Assembly (NCBI GenBank): GCA_965248515.1
Contig: CBDFJU010000003.1
Coordinates: 79,254-143,253, forward strand
DNA: 64,000 nt
From: Dehalococcoidia bacterium
Lineage (GTDB): Bacteria > Chloroflexota > Dehalococcoidia > SHYB01
Direction: 5' to 3'
Part shown: positions 18,187-28,760 of the stretch, in pieces
How positions within the stretch are numbered: the stretch's first letter is position 1
How the letters are laid out: the number at the start of each line of letters is the position of its first letter
Notes under the pieces: model-generated
What the model was told of the DNA's origin: nothing
Databases searched by the model: none
The model's input: only the letters and a program-made list of their open reading frames with translations
Made by a program: the position numbers and the translations under genes

Positions 18187-19512
18187 ATGAATAGCTTGCT
18201 ATCCGCTGTCCTGGCGGTGTTTCCCGAGACAGCCCAGGTCAACGACCGTAACCATCTCGTTCTCGGCGGGCTCGATGTTACCGAGTTGGCCGCAGAGTAC
18301 GGCACGCCTCTCTACGTCTTCGACGAGGCGACCCTTCGGGGCCAGTGCGCCGCCTTCGTCGCCGAGTTCACGTCTCGGTACCGCGACACCTCGGTGCTCT
18401 ACGCATCCAAGGCGCTGTTGAACAAGCCAATCGCCCGCATCCTCCAGGAAGAAGGCCTCGGACTCGATGTCGTTTCCGTAGGTGAGCTGGCCATCGCGAA
18501 GGCCGCCGAGTTCCCGATGGACCGCATCTATTTCCACGGCAACAACAAGGGCGCCGACGAGCTCTCGCAAGCCCTGGAATGGGGCATCGGTCGCGTGGTC
18601 GTCGACAACTTCCACGAGCTGCACATGCTCGACTCGCTGGCGGGAAGCGCCGGCACGCGGCAGGAGATCCTGCTGCGCATCTCGCCGGGAGTCGACCCGC
18701 ATACGCACCGCCACACGACCACCGGCATCGTCGACAGCAAGTTCGGCTTTGCGCTGGCCAATGGAGACGCGGAAGAGGCCGTCCGCATCGCCCAGGCCGC
18801 GGCGAGCCTCGATCTCATCGGCCTCCACGCTCACCTGGGGTCGCCGATCTTCGAGGTGGAGCCCTACCGGGAGGCTGTCGGCGTCGTCTTTGACTTCGCC
18901 GCCGAGATGCGCGAGCGCCATGGGCTCGAGCTGAAGGAGTTCAGTCCAGGCGGCGGCTTTCCGATCCAGTACACCGTTGACCAGCCCGCTCCTCCGCTCG
19001 CCGACTACGCCGAGACTATCACCACGGCGTTGCGGGAGCGCACCGAGGCCCTGGGCTTCGATCCTCCCCACCTCTTTGTCGAGCCCGGGCGCGCCATCGT
19101 GGGCCGGTCGGGGGTCGCCCTCTATGAGGTCGGCGCGATCAAGGATATTCCCGGCGTGCGCAAGTACGTCTCGGTAGACGGCGGCATGGGCGACAACATC
19201 CGTCCCGCGATCTACGGCTCCCGGTACGAGGTGGTGGCGGCGGGACGCGTCAACGCGGAGGACCTGGAAACGGTCACCCTTGCGGGAAAGTACTGCGAAT
19301 CGGGCGACATCCTGGTCAAGGATGCGGATCTGCCGGAGCTGTCCCCGGGCGACATCGTTGCCATTCCGGCTTCGGGCGCGTACTGCATTCCGATGGCCAG
19401 CAATTACAACGCCAATCCGCGGCCTGCGCTGGTCCTCGTGAGCGATGGCGAGGCCCGGCTCATCCAGCGTCGCGAAACTGTTGAAGAGCTGATGCAGCGG
19501 GACGTGCTGTAA
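18187..19512 (+). CDS. lysA: diaminopimelate decarboxylase
   Basis: fold-III PLP decarboxylase motifs (YASKA, GGG, CESGD), 441 aa. Confidence 0.85.
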   Translation: MNSLLSAVLAVFPETAQVNDRNHLVLGGLDVTELAAEYGTPLYVFDEATLRGQCAAFVAEFTSRYRDTSVLYASKALLNKPIARILQEEGLGLDVVSVGELAIAKAAEFPMDRIYFHGNNKGADELSQALEWGIGRVVVDNFHELHMLDSLAGSAGTRQEILLRISPGVDPHTHRHTTTGIVDSKFGFALANGDAEEAVRIAQAAASLDLIGLHAHLGSPIFEVEPYREAVGVVFDFAAEMRERHGLELKEFSPGGGFPIQYTVDQPAPPLADYAETITTALRERTEALGFDPPHLFVEPGRAIVGRSGVALYEVGAIKDIPGVRKYVSVDGGMGDNIRPAIYGSRYEVVAAGRVNAEDLETVTLAGKYCESGDILVKDADLPELSPGDIVAIPASGAYCIPMASNYNANPRPALVLVSDGEARLIQRRETVEELMQRDVL

Positions 19513-19516
19513 ACCC

Positions 19517-20551
19517 ATGTGGTCGGTGATTGGAAACGGACACGAGGTGACAGGCCTAGCCGAGAGCTTGCGGCGTAGCCGGAACGCCCACGCCTATCTG
19601 ATCGAAGGACCTCGCGGCGTCGGTAAGATGACGCTGGCCATGGACCTGGCAAAGGCACTGAACTGCACCGGCGCCGAGCCTCCCTGCGGTGAGTGCATCC
19701 AGTGCCGACGCATCGGGCAAGGGAAGCACGCCGACGTGCAGGTCATCGGACTGCGGGCGCAGGACGAAGGCGAGGGAGCCGCCCACAAAGAGCTTCGCAT
19801 CGAGCAGATCAAGGACCTTCAGCAGGCAGCCGGACTCTCCGCGTTCGAGGGCTCCTGCAGGGTGTTCATTATCGACGGCGCGGAGGACTTGAACGGCGAG
19901 GCAGCCAACCGCTTGCTCAAGACCCTCGAAGAGCCACCACCGGGAGTCTGCATGATCCTGCTTTCGAGCGACGCCGGACAGCTCCTGCCCACGATCACCT
20001 CGCGGTGCCGCAAAGTCACGATGCGTCCGCTCCCGGTCGCCGAGGTCGAGGAGGCCCTGGTGTCGCGCTGGGAGGTCGAGCGGGAACGGGCCGCGACCAT
20101 AGCGCGACTCGCTCAGGGTCGCATCGGATGGGCCGTCTCCGCGGCAAGTGACGACGCGATTCTAGCCGAGCGCTCGGCCCAACTCGACCAGGTCATCACG
20201 CTCCCCAGCGAGGGCTATCATGACCGGATCTCGCTCGCCGGCAAGCTGGCCTCGGCCTTCGGACGAGACCACGACGGCCTGAACGAATGGCTGGCGCTGA
20301 TGGAGCAATGGTGGCGAGACGTGCTGCTCGTCAAGGGCGGGCGGCCCGACCTGGCCGTGAACCTCGACCGAGGCGCCGAGCTCGAATCGATTGCGCAGGC
20401 CCTTTCCTTGAGCGCCGTCGCCGGCGCCCTGGAGCAGATCCGCTCGGCCAACGAGCACCTCGAGAAGAACGTGAACGCGAGACTGGCGCTGGATGTACTG
20501 ATGTTGAATCTCCCTTCGATTGGACGCAAAGCGGTCGCCGCGTCCTCGTGA
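19517..20551 (+). CDS. holB: DNA polymerase III subunit delta'
   Basis: AYLIEGPRGVGK Walker-like, CxxC zinc module, SRC motif. Confidence 0.8.
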   Translation: MWSVIGNGHEVTGLAESLRRSRNAHAYLIEGPRGVGKMTLAMDLAKALNCTGAEPPCGECIQCRRIGQGKHADVQVIGLRAQDEGEGAAHKELRIEQIKDLQQAAGLSAFEGSCRVFIIDGAEDLNGEAANRLLKTLEEPPPGVCMILLSSDAGQLLPTITSRCRKVTMRPLPVAEVEEALVSRWEVERERAATIARLAQGRIGWAVSAASDDAILAERSAQLDQVITLPSEGYHDRISLAGKLASAFGRDHDGLNEWLALMEQWWRDVLLVKGGRPDLAVNLDRGAELESIAQALSLSAVAGALEQIRSANEHLEKNVNARLALDVLMLNLPSIGRKAVAASS

Positions 20552-20584
20552 CCGGGCGACCCTGGAAAGGATAACGATAACGAT

Positions 20585-21391
20585 ATGGGTGGAGTCGTTG
20601 GAGTCCGCTTCGCAAAGGCGGGAAAGATACTCAACTACGATGCCGGCGACGAGGACTTTGACCTGAACGAGTACGTCGTCGTGGAGACCGAGGTCGGCCT
20701 CGAGCTGGGATACGTCGTGATCACGCCGAACCAGGTAGTCATGGCCAAGTTCAAGGGACAGCCGCCACCGATTGTGCGTCGAGCGACGCCGGAAGACGTA
20801 CAGGAGCGGGACCGGCTCAAGAGCCGCGCCCAGGAGATTTCGAGTCAGTGTCGCGAGCTGATCCAGGAGCTGGGACTGAAGATGAAACCCGTCGAAGCGG
20901 TGTTCACCCTGGATGGCCAGCACCTGGTCATCTCGTACACCGCCGAAGACCGAGTCGACTTCCGGCAACTCCTTCGCCGGCTGGGCCGAACGGTGCAGGC
21001 GAAGGTCGAGCTGCGCCAGATCGGGCCGCGCGACCAGACCAAGGTCATGGACGGTCTGGGACGCTGCGGAAGGACGCTTTGCTGCTCGACCTGGCTTGTG
21101 GAGTTCCAGCCGGTGACCATGAAGATGGCGAAGGAGCAGGACCTGCCCCTGAGCCCGCCAGGCCTCGCCGGCGTCTGTGGCCGACTTCGTTGCTGTCTCC
21201 GCTATGAGTACGACCAGTACCGTGAGCTGAAGCGTGGGCTGCCGAAGATCGGTAGCACCGTCGAGACCGAACATGGACCGGCCGTCGTCGTCGTGGGACA
21301 CCCGTTGAAACAGACTATTACCGTCCGGCTCCAGAGTGGCGCCTGGACTGAAGTCTCCATGGATGCGCTCCAGCAGAAGGCCCAGGTATAG
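20585..21391 (+). CDS. PSP1 domain protein (YaaT/RicT-like)
   Basis: PSP1 C-terminal Cys-rich region CGRTLCCSTWL...CGRLRCCLRYE; conserved holB-yaaT neighbourhood. Confidence 0.8.
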   Translation: MGGVVGVRFAKAGKILNYDAGDEDFDLNEYVVVETEVGLELGYVVITPNQVVMAKFKGQPPPIVRRATPEDVQERDRLKSRAQEISSQCRELIQELGLKMKPVEAVFTLDGQHLVISYTAEDRVDFRQLLRRLGRTVQAKVELRQIGPRDQTKVMDGLGRCGRTLCCSTWLVEFQPVTMKMAKEQDLPLSPPGLAGVCGRLRCCLRYEYDQYRELKRGLPKIGSTVETEHGPAVVVVGHPLKQTITVRLQSGAWTEVSMDALQQKAQV

Positions 21392-21395
21392 GGAC

Positions 21396-22409
21396 TTGCT
21401 CCCTCGCATTGCGGTGACTCTGGACGACATGCGGGACGCTCCGCCCGACCGGGTGGTCGACTTTGCCCGCCGTGCGGAGGAGCTCGGCTACGAATCAATC
21501 TGGGCGGGAGAGGCGTGGGGACGCGACGTCTTTACGCTCCTGACCGAGATCGCCTGCAACACGACGAGACTAGGACTGGCGACCGGGATCGTGAACGTCT
21601 TCAGCCGTACCCCGGCCGTTGTCGCCCAGAGCATCTCTTCCCTCGACGAGATCTCCGGCGGCCGCGCCATCCTGGGCCTCGGCTCCAGCGGTGAGATCGT
21701 GGTCCGCGACTGGCACGGCCAGCAGTTCCGCAAGCCGCTGCAACGGACCCGCGAGTACATCGAGATCATCAATCTGGCCGTGAGCGGCGAGCGCGTGAAC
21801 TACGAAGGCGAGTTCTTCCAGCTCAAAGGGTTCCGCATGTCGTTCCGTCCGCCCCGGGAGCATATCCCCATCTACGTGGCTTCGATGGGGCCTAAGAACG
21901 TCGCTCTCACGGGCGAGCTTGCCGATGGCTGGTCGCCCATGTGGTTCTCGCCGGGCTATCTGCCCGACGCCTCGAGTTGGCTCCGCAACGGCGCCGAGGC
22001 CAGCGGGCGTGGCGCCGGCGCAGTGGACATAGCGCCGTGGATGCTGGCCTGCGCCACCGACGACCAGGAGACGGCGCGAGGGCTCGCCCGGGCGCATGTC
22101 GCTTTTTACGTCGGCGGGATGGGACGCTACTACACCGAGCTGTTCGGGCGCTACGGCTTCGCCGACGAGGCGGCACGGATCAAAGAGCTCTGGGTCGAAC
22201 GGAAAGACCGGGCCGGCGCGGCCGCGCTCGTCTCCGAGAAGATGCTGGACGCCGTGACCGTGATCGGGACCCCGCGGCAGTGCAGGGAGCGTGTCGCCGA
22301 GATCCACGAGGCCGGCGTCGGCCTTCCTGTCTTTTTCCCCCCGCACGGGTGCTCGGGCGAGATAATCCGCGACACCATCGAGGCCCTGGCGCCTAAGCGC
22401 TTTCAATAG
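21396..22409 (+). CDS. LLM-class (luciferase-like) F420-dependent oxidoreductase
   Basis: bacterial luciferase family TIM-barrel pattern; start TTG 21396 or GTG 21414 uncertain. Confidence 0.7.
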   Translation: MLPRIAVTLDDMRDAPPDRVVDFARRAEELGYESIWAGEAWGRDVFTLLTEIACNTTRLGLATGIVNVFSRTPAVVAQSISSLDEISGGRAILGLGSSGEIVVRDWHGQQFRKPLQRTREYIEIINLAVSGERVNYEGEFFQLKGFRMSFRPPREHIPIYVASMGPKNVALTGELADGWSPMWFSPGYLPDASSWLRNGAEASGRGAGAVDIAPWMLACATDDQETARGLARAHVAFYVGGMGRYYTELFGRYGFADEAARIKELWVERKDRAGAAALVSEKMLDAVTVIGTPRQCRERVAEIHEAGVGLPVFFPPHGCSGEIIRDTIEALAPKRFQ

Positions 22410-22923
22410 CCGGCACGAACCGGCGCCATTCCTCGCGCTCGCGCAGGTAAGTTTGGAAGGGCTGGTACGGCGACGCGGAGGGTGGCTTGGGCTGGGACAA
22501 CAGGACCATGCCCGCTTCCTCGGGCGTGCGCCCCGCCTTACGGTGGTTGCACCTCATGCAGGCGGCGACCACGTTCGTCCAGTGGTGCCCGCCGCCCCGG
22601 ACCCTTGGGACGACATGGTCGATCGTGAGGTTCCCGCTCTCCGCCCCGCAGTACTGACAGCGATGGCGGTCCCGCAAGAAGGCCTCTCGACGCGTCAAAC
22701 GCCGTGCGGGGAACGGCCGTCGCACGTGATAGCGCAGGCGGATTACGGAAGGCAACTCGAAAGCTTCGCTCGCCGAGCGGAGATAGCCCATCCCATTTTC
22801 CAGAAGCTCCGCCTTCCCTTTTCCCAGCAAGACCACAGCGCGACGCGCCGCGCACACATTCAAGGGTTCGTAGTTCTGGTTGAGGAGGAGGACCAGCTGT
22901 CTGAGCCGAGCGGAGGTGTTCAT
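22393..22923 (-). CDS. HNH endonuclease family protein
   Basis: CQYCG...DHVVPRVRGGGHHWTNVVAACMRCNHRK HNH motif. Confidence 0.8.
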   Translation of the reverse strand: MNTSARLRQLVLLLNQNYEPLNVCAARRAVVLLGKGKAELLENGMGYLRSASEAFELPSVIRLRYHVRRPFPARRLTRREAFLRDRHRCQYCGAESGNLTIDHVVPRVRGGGHHWTNVVAACMRCNHRKAGRTPEEAGMVLLSQPKPPSASPYQPFQTYLREREEWRRFVPAIESA

Positions 22924-22938
22924 GGGCAGTGCCCTGAG

Positions 22939-23526
22939 CTACTCCTCGGCCTCGCGAAGGAAGATCTCCTGGTCTAACACCTCGAACACGGCAGTGAAAT
23001 CCCCCGGCACCATGCCGAGGGCGCTTCCCGGCAGGCCGTCTACGATATCCACGTACATCTCCGCGACGTTTGAGGCGACGAGGGTGTCCCTGATCTTCTC
23101 GCGTACCGGGATCGGGCCCAGGCTATCGAGCGGGGTGTCGGGGACCAGAAACGCGAGTCGGGCCAGGATCGCGATTGCCGCCCCTCCGACGACGAGAGCG
23201 GCAAAGGCGCCCACGAACGCGCCACCCACCGAGTCGAGCGGCCCCAGGAACAGGAAACGCATCACGCCGCCCACGAAGCGGGCTGCCATCTGTGTGACGA
23301 TGAGAACAGCCGCCGCGATGAGCCCGTAGGCGATGACCGTCGCGATGGAGTCGCTGTTGACGCTGTTGGTGAGAAGCCCGGCCAGGGGCTCGCTCGCCTG
23401 GGCGGCGACGATGAAACCGACAAGGGCGCCAACCGCGAAGAACAACCCGTGGAGCAGGCCGATTCGGTATCCGGTCAGGCCCCCGATGACGATCACGGCG
23501 ATGATGATGCCGTCGAGCCAGTTCAC
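22939..23526 (-). CDS. cvpA: CvpA family membrane protein
   Basis: 4 TM N-terminal CvpA-like region. Confidence 0.7.
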   Translation of the reverse strand: MNWLDGIIIAVIVIGGLTGYRIGLLHGLFFAVGALVGFIVAAQASEPLAGLLTNSVNSDSIATVIAYGLIAAAVLIVTQMAARFVGGVMRFLFLGPLDSVGGAFVGAFAALVVGGAAIAILARLAFLVPDTPLDSLGPIPVREKIRDTLVASNVAEMYVDIVDGLPGSALGMVPGDFTAVFEVLDQEIFLREAEE

Positions 23527-23613
23527 CTAGGCCGCGCCCCCTTTCGACTCCGATCTCCCAGAAGCACCGTGCCCATTATACACAGGGTCGATCAGAAGGG
23601 GGCCGATCCGCCG

Positions 23614-25050
23614 TCAGGATGCGAGGTCGAATAGCGTCGTCACCCGATCCACCGCCGCCGGCTCGGTCGAAATCACCAGGAGTGTCTCGTCGCCTCCGAA
23701 GGCGACATGGTGTCGTTTGCCATCGAACGAGCCAGTGGCCACGGAGTCGGTCTTGTCGAGCCCGATGTCCCGCGCCTCCAACAACCGAACGTAGCCGTCG
23801 TAGAACTCCTCAGCGTCGCGTTCCGTGCCCCAACGGGCCAGGTTCAAGAACAGGCTCGAGCCGCCCGGCCCCCGAAGCAGCACGTAGCGATCGCCGCCCC
23901 AGCCGGCGGCCGCCCTGCTCGCGCGCCGGGTGGATATCCGCTCCTCGAGGACGAGCTTGTAGAAGAACTCGCCCATGACATCCACGTCCGCTTCCTCCCA
24001 GCCCTCGCCGAGGGCCTGGGCGACGTCCGGCAGGTCGATGGTAAGCGCCGGCTCGCGCTCGTCGTACTTGCCCGGATGCATGATCTGCTCGCTCGTGGTC
24101 GGTGGGTCGGCATAGGCGGCGTTGACTGCATCCCAACCGCCCTGGCCGAACAGGTAAAGCACGAATCCGAGGCCCTCCCGATAGGGGAAGGTCGCGCTCT
24201 CCTCGATGACCCTCGGTACGTCCGGGCTCAGCCCTTCCACCTCCTGGGCCTGACGGATCGTCTCGGCCTGATCGAGGTGCTCGCCAGCGTACCGGCCCGA
24301 GGCGAGTGTTGCGTCGCCTTCAAAGAGCACCCGGAGCGCAAAGCGGGCCTCCGAATCCTCTCCCGCGGCGTCCAGCATCGCCGTCAGGTCGAACAGGCTC
24401 TGCTGGATCGCGTGGGCGAACTCGTGGGAGTAGATGAACTCTTCGAGGAGGTCGACGGCCCCATCATTGGCCAGAACAAACAACTCCCCTGACTCAGGGT
24501 TGAACTGCCCGAGGACCTGCGACTGGGAGTGGGCCAGGGTGAGCTCCTTCAAGTCGTGGTTCTCGTCCAGGAGCCCGAGAAGGAGCAGCACCTCCTGGGA
24601 CGCGGCCAGCTCGGCTTCGTCGGCCTCGTCGAACTGCGCCTCGAGAATGGCGTCGAACTCCTCCCGCGTGATCAGCCGGCGTTGCAGCGCATCTCCGGTC
24701 GGCGCGCCCCTATCTTCCGCGACCCGCTGCTCGATGGCGTCGAGCACGAGGCTGACCTCCGGGGACAGGGTTGGGGGCGCAGGCGGAGGTGTCGCCGTCG
24801 CGGCAGTCTCGGTTGGGGGGAGCGACGTCACGCCGGGACGGGTCGCCGTCGCGGTTACAGGATCAGGCAACACGGAGGGCGAGGAGGAAGTCGTTGCGGT
24901 GGGAAGCACGGTTGCAGTCGGCTCGGGCGTCGGCGATAGGCCATCGCCCGATGCGCATCCTGCGACGACCAGGCCCAGTCCAATCGCTAGAGCCGCAACG
25001 CCAAACCTCTTCGAGTGAGACGGCCCAGGTTTCGTTGGAGACAAGCTCAT
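23614..25050 (-). CDS. secreted lipoprotein, putative Zn-metallopeptidase (HEFAH motif)
   Basis: lipobox VVAGCASG; Pro/Thr-rich linker; SHEFAHAIQ HExxH-type motif. Confidence 0.5.
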   Translation of the reverse strand: MSLSPTKPGPSHSKRFGVAALAIGLGLVVAGCASGDGLSPTPEPTATVLPTATTSSSPSVLPDPVTATATRPGVTSLPPTETAATATPPPAPPTLSPEVSLVLDAIEQRVAEDRGAPTGDALQRRLITREEFDAILEAQFDEADEAELAASQEVLLLLGLLDENHDLKELTLAHSQSQVLGQFNPESGELFVLANDGAVDLLEEFIYSHEFAHAIQQSLFDLTAMLDAAGEDSEARFALRVLFEGDATLASGRYAGEHLDQAETIRQAQEVEGLSPDVPRVIEESATFPYREGLGFVLYLFGQGGWDAVNAAYADPPTTSEQIMHPGKYDEREPALTIDLPDVAQALGEGWEEADVDVMGEFFYKLVLEERISTRRASRAAAGWGGDRYVLLRGPGGSSLFLNLARWGTERDAEEFYDGYVRLLEARDIGLDKTDSVATGSFDGKRHHVAFGGDETLLVISTEPAAVDRVTTLFDLAS

Positions 25051-25240
25051 GATAACGGGGTAATTCGACCGGCCCGAGGTCCCTTTACACTAATGAACGA
25101 CGACGCGCACGCCGGGGATTGGCCTCCATCCATTCTAACGGTCGTGACCTTCATGCAACGCCCGTGACTCTCGGTCGCGGCCGCCGGGTATAATCGCTCT
25201 GCCCAACGCGACAGCCGGGAGGGAAGATCTGGAACCCGCT

Positions 25241-26650
25241 GTGCCCCCGCCGCGAAAGCGACATGCCCTTGGCCGCTCGCTGCCGAGAATGGTCGAGACG
25301 CCCCCGGGCCCCAGGTCCCGACGGCTCGGCCAGGACCTCGAGCGCTACGAGTCTCCCGGGGTCTCCAGCCTCGGAGCGGGCCACGTCCCCATCGTCTGGA
25401 GGCGGGCCAGGGGCGCCAACGTGGAGGATATCGACGGCAACGTCTACATCGACCTCACCGCGGGATTCGGCGTCGCCGGGGTGGGGCACGGGAGCGGCAG
25501 CGTCGTGCGGGCGATCCGACGGCAATCGGGGACCCTGGTCCACGGCCTGGGAGACGTGCACCCGAACGCGCCTCGCCTCGCCCTGGCGCGGCGATTGGCC
25601 AAGCTTGCCCCCGGTCCCGATAACAAGGTGATGTTCTGCAGCTCGGGCGCGGAGGCGGTGGAGCTGGCGATGAAGACGGCCACGCTGTACACCGGAAAGC
25701 ACGGCTTCATTGCGTTCGAGGGGGGCTTTCACGGCCAGACCTACGGCGCCCTCAGCGTCACGTCCCGCGATCGGTTCCGTCAGCCCTTCGCCCCGCAGCT
25801 CAACCAGCACGTGGCCAGGGTCCCCTACGCCTACTGCTACCGTTGCCCTCTCGGCCTCGAGTATCCCGGCTGCGAGGTCGCCTGTCTCGAGCCGGTGGAG
25901 CAGGCCCTGTCCTCGCCACCCGCGTCGGTGGGGCCGATCGCGGCGGTCGTGGTCGAGCCCGTTCAGGGACGAGAGGGGACGGTCACGCCCCCTCCCGAGT
26001 ACTTGCCGCGGCTCAAAGGGCTCTGCGCAAAGGCGGGCGCGCTACTCATCGTCGACGAGCTGCTCACCGGGCTTGGCAGGACGGGAAGCTGGTTCGGCGT
26101 CGATCACCAGGGAATAGCCCCGGACATCCTCTGCGTCGGCAAGGCGATGGGCGGAGGGCTCCCCATCGCGGCCTGCGTCGCCCGCGCCGAGGTCATGGAC
26201 GCATGGCGGCATCAGGACCACGAGGCGCCCCACTCGAGCACGTTCATGGGCAACCCGGTAACCAGCGCCGCGGCCCTGGCGGCCATCGACGAGATCGAAG
26301 AGCGCGATCTTCCAACACGCGCCCGTATCCTTGGCACTATCTTGTTAAAGCGCTGCATGGAGCTGGGAGAGCGGCATCGCCTCGTCGGAGACGTCCGCGG
26401 CGTCGGCCTCATGGTCGGCATCGAGCTCGTTGGGGACCGCGATTCCAGGGAGCCGGCCGGGACCGAAGCCGGCGAGGTCGTTCGCCATTGCCTCGAGGCT
26501 GGCGTGATCCTCCTCGCCGGGGGGCCGAGCGGCAACGTTCTGTCGTTGACACCGCCGCTGACCATCACCCGCCGACAGATCGATCACGCGCTCGACGTCG
26601 TCGATACGGCGCTCGCGGCAGTCGAAGCGCAAAGAGAACGAGACCGATGA
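25241..26650 (+). CDS. class III aminotransferase (aspartate aminotransferase superfamily)
   Basis: omega-aminotransferase pattern; start GTG 25241 or downstream ATG. Confidence 0.8.
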   Translation: MPPPRKRHALGRSLPRMVETPPGPRSRRLGQDLERYESPGVSSLGAGHVPIVWRRARGANVEDIDGNVYIDLTAGFGVAGVGHGSGSVVRAIRRQSGTLVHGLGDVHPNAPRLALARRLAKLAPGPDNKVMFCSSGAEAVELAMKTATLYTGKHGFIAFEGGFHGQTYGALSVTSRDRFRQPFAPQLNQHVARVPYAYCYRCPLGLEYPGCEVACLEPVEQALSSPPASVGPIAAVVVEPVQGREGTVTPPPEYLPRLKGLCAKAGALLIVDELLTGLGRTGSWFGVDHQGIAPDILCVGKAMGGGLPIAACVARAEVMDAWRHQDHEAPHSSTFMGNPVTSAAALAAIDEIEERDLPTRARILGTILLKRCMELGERHRLVGDVRGVGLMVGIELVGDRDSREPAGTEAGEVVRHCLEAGVILLAGGPSGNVLSLTPPLTITRRQIDHALDVVDTALAAVEAQRERDR

Positions 26651-28038
26651 CGGGCGCCCCGCTGCACTCCATGAGCCTCACCGACGTGGCGCGACTGCTG
26701 CGGAGGCGGCAGGTCTCCGCCGTCGAGGTGCACGAGGCCGTGTTTCGCCGTATCGACGAGGCCGAGCCCCAGCTCGAAGCGTTCATCACGCTGCTCCGCG
26801 AGGAGTCGCTGAGCGAGGCCGTCGAGGCCGACCGGGCGCTGGCGCGGGGCGAGTCGAAGGGCCCGCTCCACGGCATCCCCATCTCCCTGAAGGACCTCTA
26901 CGACACCGCAGGGACCCGGACGATCGCCGGCTCGCGCGTCATGGCCGACCGCGTGCCGTCCTCCGATGCGACCGTCACGGCAAGGCTGAAGTCCGCGGGC
27001 GCCGTCATCATTGGCAAAGCGAACCAGACCGAGTTCGCCTTCGGCGGCGCCTATTCGGCCTTCGGCGCCCTCAAAAACCCCTGGGCCATCGACTACTTCC
27101 CCGGCTCGTCGAGCAGCGGCTCCGGCGCGAGTATCGCGGCGGGCATGGGCTACGCCTCGATGGGGACGGACACCGGAGGCTCGGTCCGCATTCCCGCGGC
27201 CATGTGTGGGGTCGTCGGGCTGAAGCCGACCTATGGACGGGTCAGCCGTCACGGCATCATCCCGCTCAGCTGGACGCTGGACCACGCCGGCCCTCTGACC
27301 CGCACCGCCGCTGACGCGGCCCTCGTGCTCCAGGCCATCGCCGGACATGACCCCAACGATCCGACCTCCAGCCGCAGGCCCGTACCGAGCTATCTCCGCG
27401 CCCTGCCCAGGGACCTCAACGGCGTCACCCTCGGCGTCCCTTCGGCCTACATTGACGAGAACCTCGACCCCGACGTGGCGGCCCGGGTTGGCGAGGCCCA
27501 CGGCGTCCTTCGCAAGCTCGGCGCGCGACTGAAGGAAGTCGCCATTCCCCACGCGGCCTACTCGATGACGGCGCTGGTCACGATCATTGAGTCCGAGGCC
27601 GCGTCGATCCATTGGTCGACGTTGATCGAACGGCCGGACGACTACAACGAGGTGTTTCGCTCGCGGGCGATGCGGGGGCTGCTGCCCCCGGCCGTGAGCT
27701 ATCTCGACGCGCAGCGACTCAGGAGCGTGCTGATCGACGAGTTCACGACGGCGCTCGAGGGTGTCGACGCCCTGGTGACCCCAACCTGTCCAGCGCCCGC
27801 GTATCGGATGGACAAGACGCCGCCGCCGATCACGATGGTCACCACGATTGGGCGCTTCACCAACCTGGCGAATCTGACAGGGCTCCCCGCTCTGTCCGTC
27901 CCTTGCGGCTTCAACCGAGACGGATTGCCCGTGGGGATGCAGCTCATCGGGCGAGCCTTCGACGAGCGGACGCTGATTGGGATCGGCAACGCCTACGAGT
28001 CGGCGACGGACTGGCACCTGCGCCGACCGCAGCTCTGA
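26647..28038 (+). CDS. amidase (amidase signature family, GatA-like)
   Basis: GGSSSGSGASIAAGM...GTDTGGSVRIPAA AS signature; ATGA overlap with upstream aminotransferase. Confidence 0.85.
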   Translation: MTGAPLHSMSLTDVARLLRRRQVSAVEVHEAVFRRIDEAEPQLEAFITLLREESLSEAVEADRALARGESKGPLHGIPISLKDLYDTAGTRTIAGSRVMADRVPSSDATVTARLKSAGAVIIGKANQTEFAFGGAYSAFGALKNPWAIDYFPGSSSSGSGASIAAGMGYASMGTDTGGSVRIPAAMCGVVGLKPTYGRVSRHGIIPLSWTLDHAGPLTRTAADAALVLQAIAGHDPNDPTSSRRPVPSYLRALPRDLNGVTLGVPSAYIDENLDPDVAARVGEAHGVLRKLGARLKEVAIPHAAYSMTALVTIIESEAASIHWSTLIERPDDYNEVFRSRAMRGLLPPAVSYLDAQRLRSVLIDEFTTALEGVDALVTPTCPAPAYRMDKTPPPITMVTTIGRFTNLANLTGLPALSVPCGFNRDGLPVGMQLIGRAFDERTLIGIGNAYESATDWHLRRPQL

Positions 28039-28046
28039 GCGTGGGG

Positions 28047-28376
28047 CTATGGTCCCTTTCGCTGACGCCGCTCCCGGTCCCGTTGACGAATCGAGCGCAA
28101 AAAGTCTCGGGCCGCGGCGCGCCCCTCTTCGCTCAGCGAGCGGGCCCTCAGGAACACCTCGTACTCGTCGTCCTCGACCAACTCGTCGAGCTCCTCCCGG
28201 GTGATTCCCAGGGCCGAGGCGAGTTTCCGGCGGCGCTCGGGCGGGGGCACGGCGGTCCCTCGCTCGTAGGCGACATGTCCCGTGAAGTGCATGCCGATGG
28301 CACCGGCGACGTCCCGTAGCGACAGCCCCCCGGCCTGACGGATCCTTCGCAGCTCGTCCCCCAGCCAGCGCCCCAT
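28047..28376 (-). CDS. XRE-family HTH transcriptional regulator
   Basis: LRRIRQAGGLSLRDVAGAIGM HTH_3 pattern. Confidence 0.7.
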   Translation of the reverse strand: MGRWLGDELRRIRQAGGLSLRDVAGAIGMHFTGHVAYERGTAVPPPERRRKLASALGITREELDELVEDDEYEVFLRARSLSEEGRAAARDFLRSIRQRDRERRQRKGP

Positions 28377-28491
28377 AGCTGGGCCAGTATAGCCCAGTCC
28401 GCTAGCTGCTTTCTCAATGCCAGCGCTGCCTTGCGCGTGTAGGACAGAGTTTCATACATTGAGGGCAGCGGCATGGGGAGGGGCGGTGGGG

Positions 28492-28758
28492 ATGAGAAAC
28501 GACGGACGCAATGGAAACGATAACACGAGCCCGAGGGGCCGGCCCCTTGCCAGGTTCGAGGCATGCCCCAAATGCCGAGGCCAGTATCTCCGAGACGGCT
28601 GGACCTGCCACTGCTATCAGTGCTGCTTCGAATGGGACCTGCGCGACCCCATCCCAGACATCCTGGTCCGGGCGCGACGGATGTATCGAGGCGAGGCGAT
28701 GTCGGACCCCCCGGACCTCGCCATCGATGAATTCGACGATCAAAAAGACCCCGCCTAG
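28492..28758 (+). CDS. small Cys-rich (zinc-ribbon-like) protein
   Basis: CPKC...CHCYQCC cluster; start uncertain (28417 or 28492). Confidence 0.4.
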   Translation: MRNDGRNGNDNTSPRGRPLARFEACPKCRGQYLRDGWTCHCYQCCFEWDLRDPIPDILVRARRMYRGEAMSDPPDLAIDEFDDQKDPA

Positions 28759-28760
28759 CC

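Noticed and set aside
20162-21430. 422-aa minus-strand ORF overlapping holB and the PSP1 gene, plus many similar long antisense ORFs (7985..8884, 26584..28017, 29440..30999, 58696..60489, 51590..52819, 47210..48466)
   Set aside because: High-GC genomes generate long stop-free antisense frames. These have Arg/Pro/Gly-rich low-complexity translations and sit opposite genes with clear family signatures.
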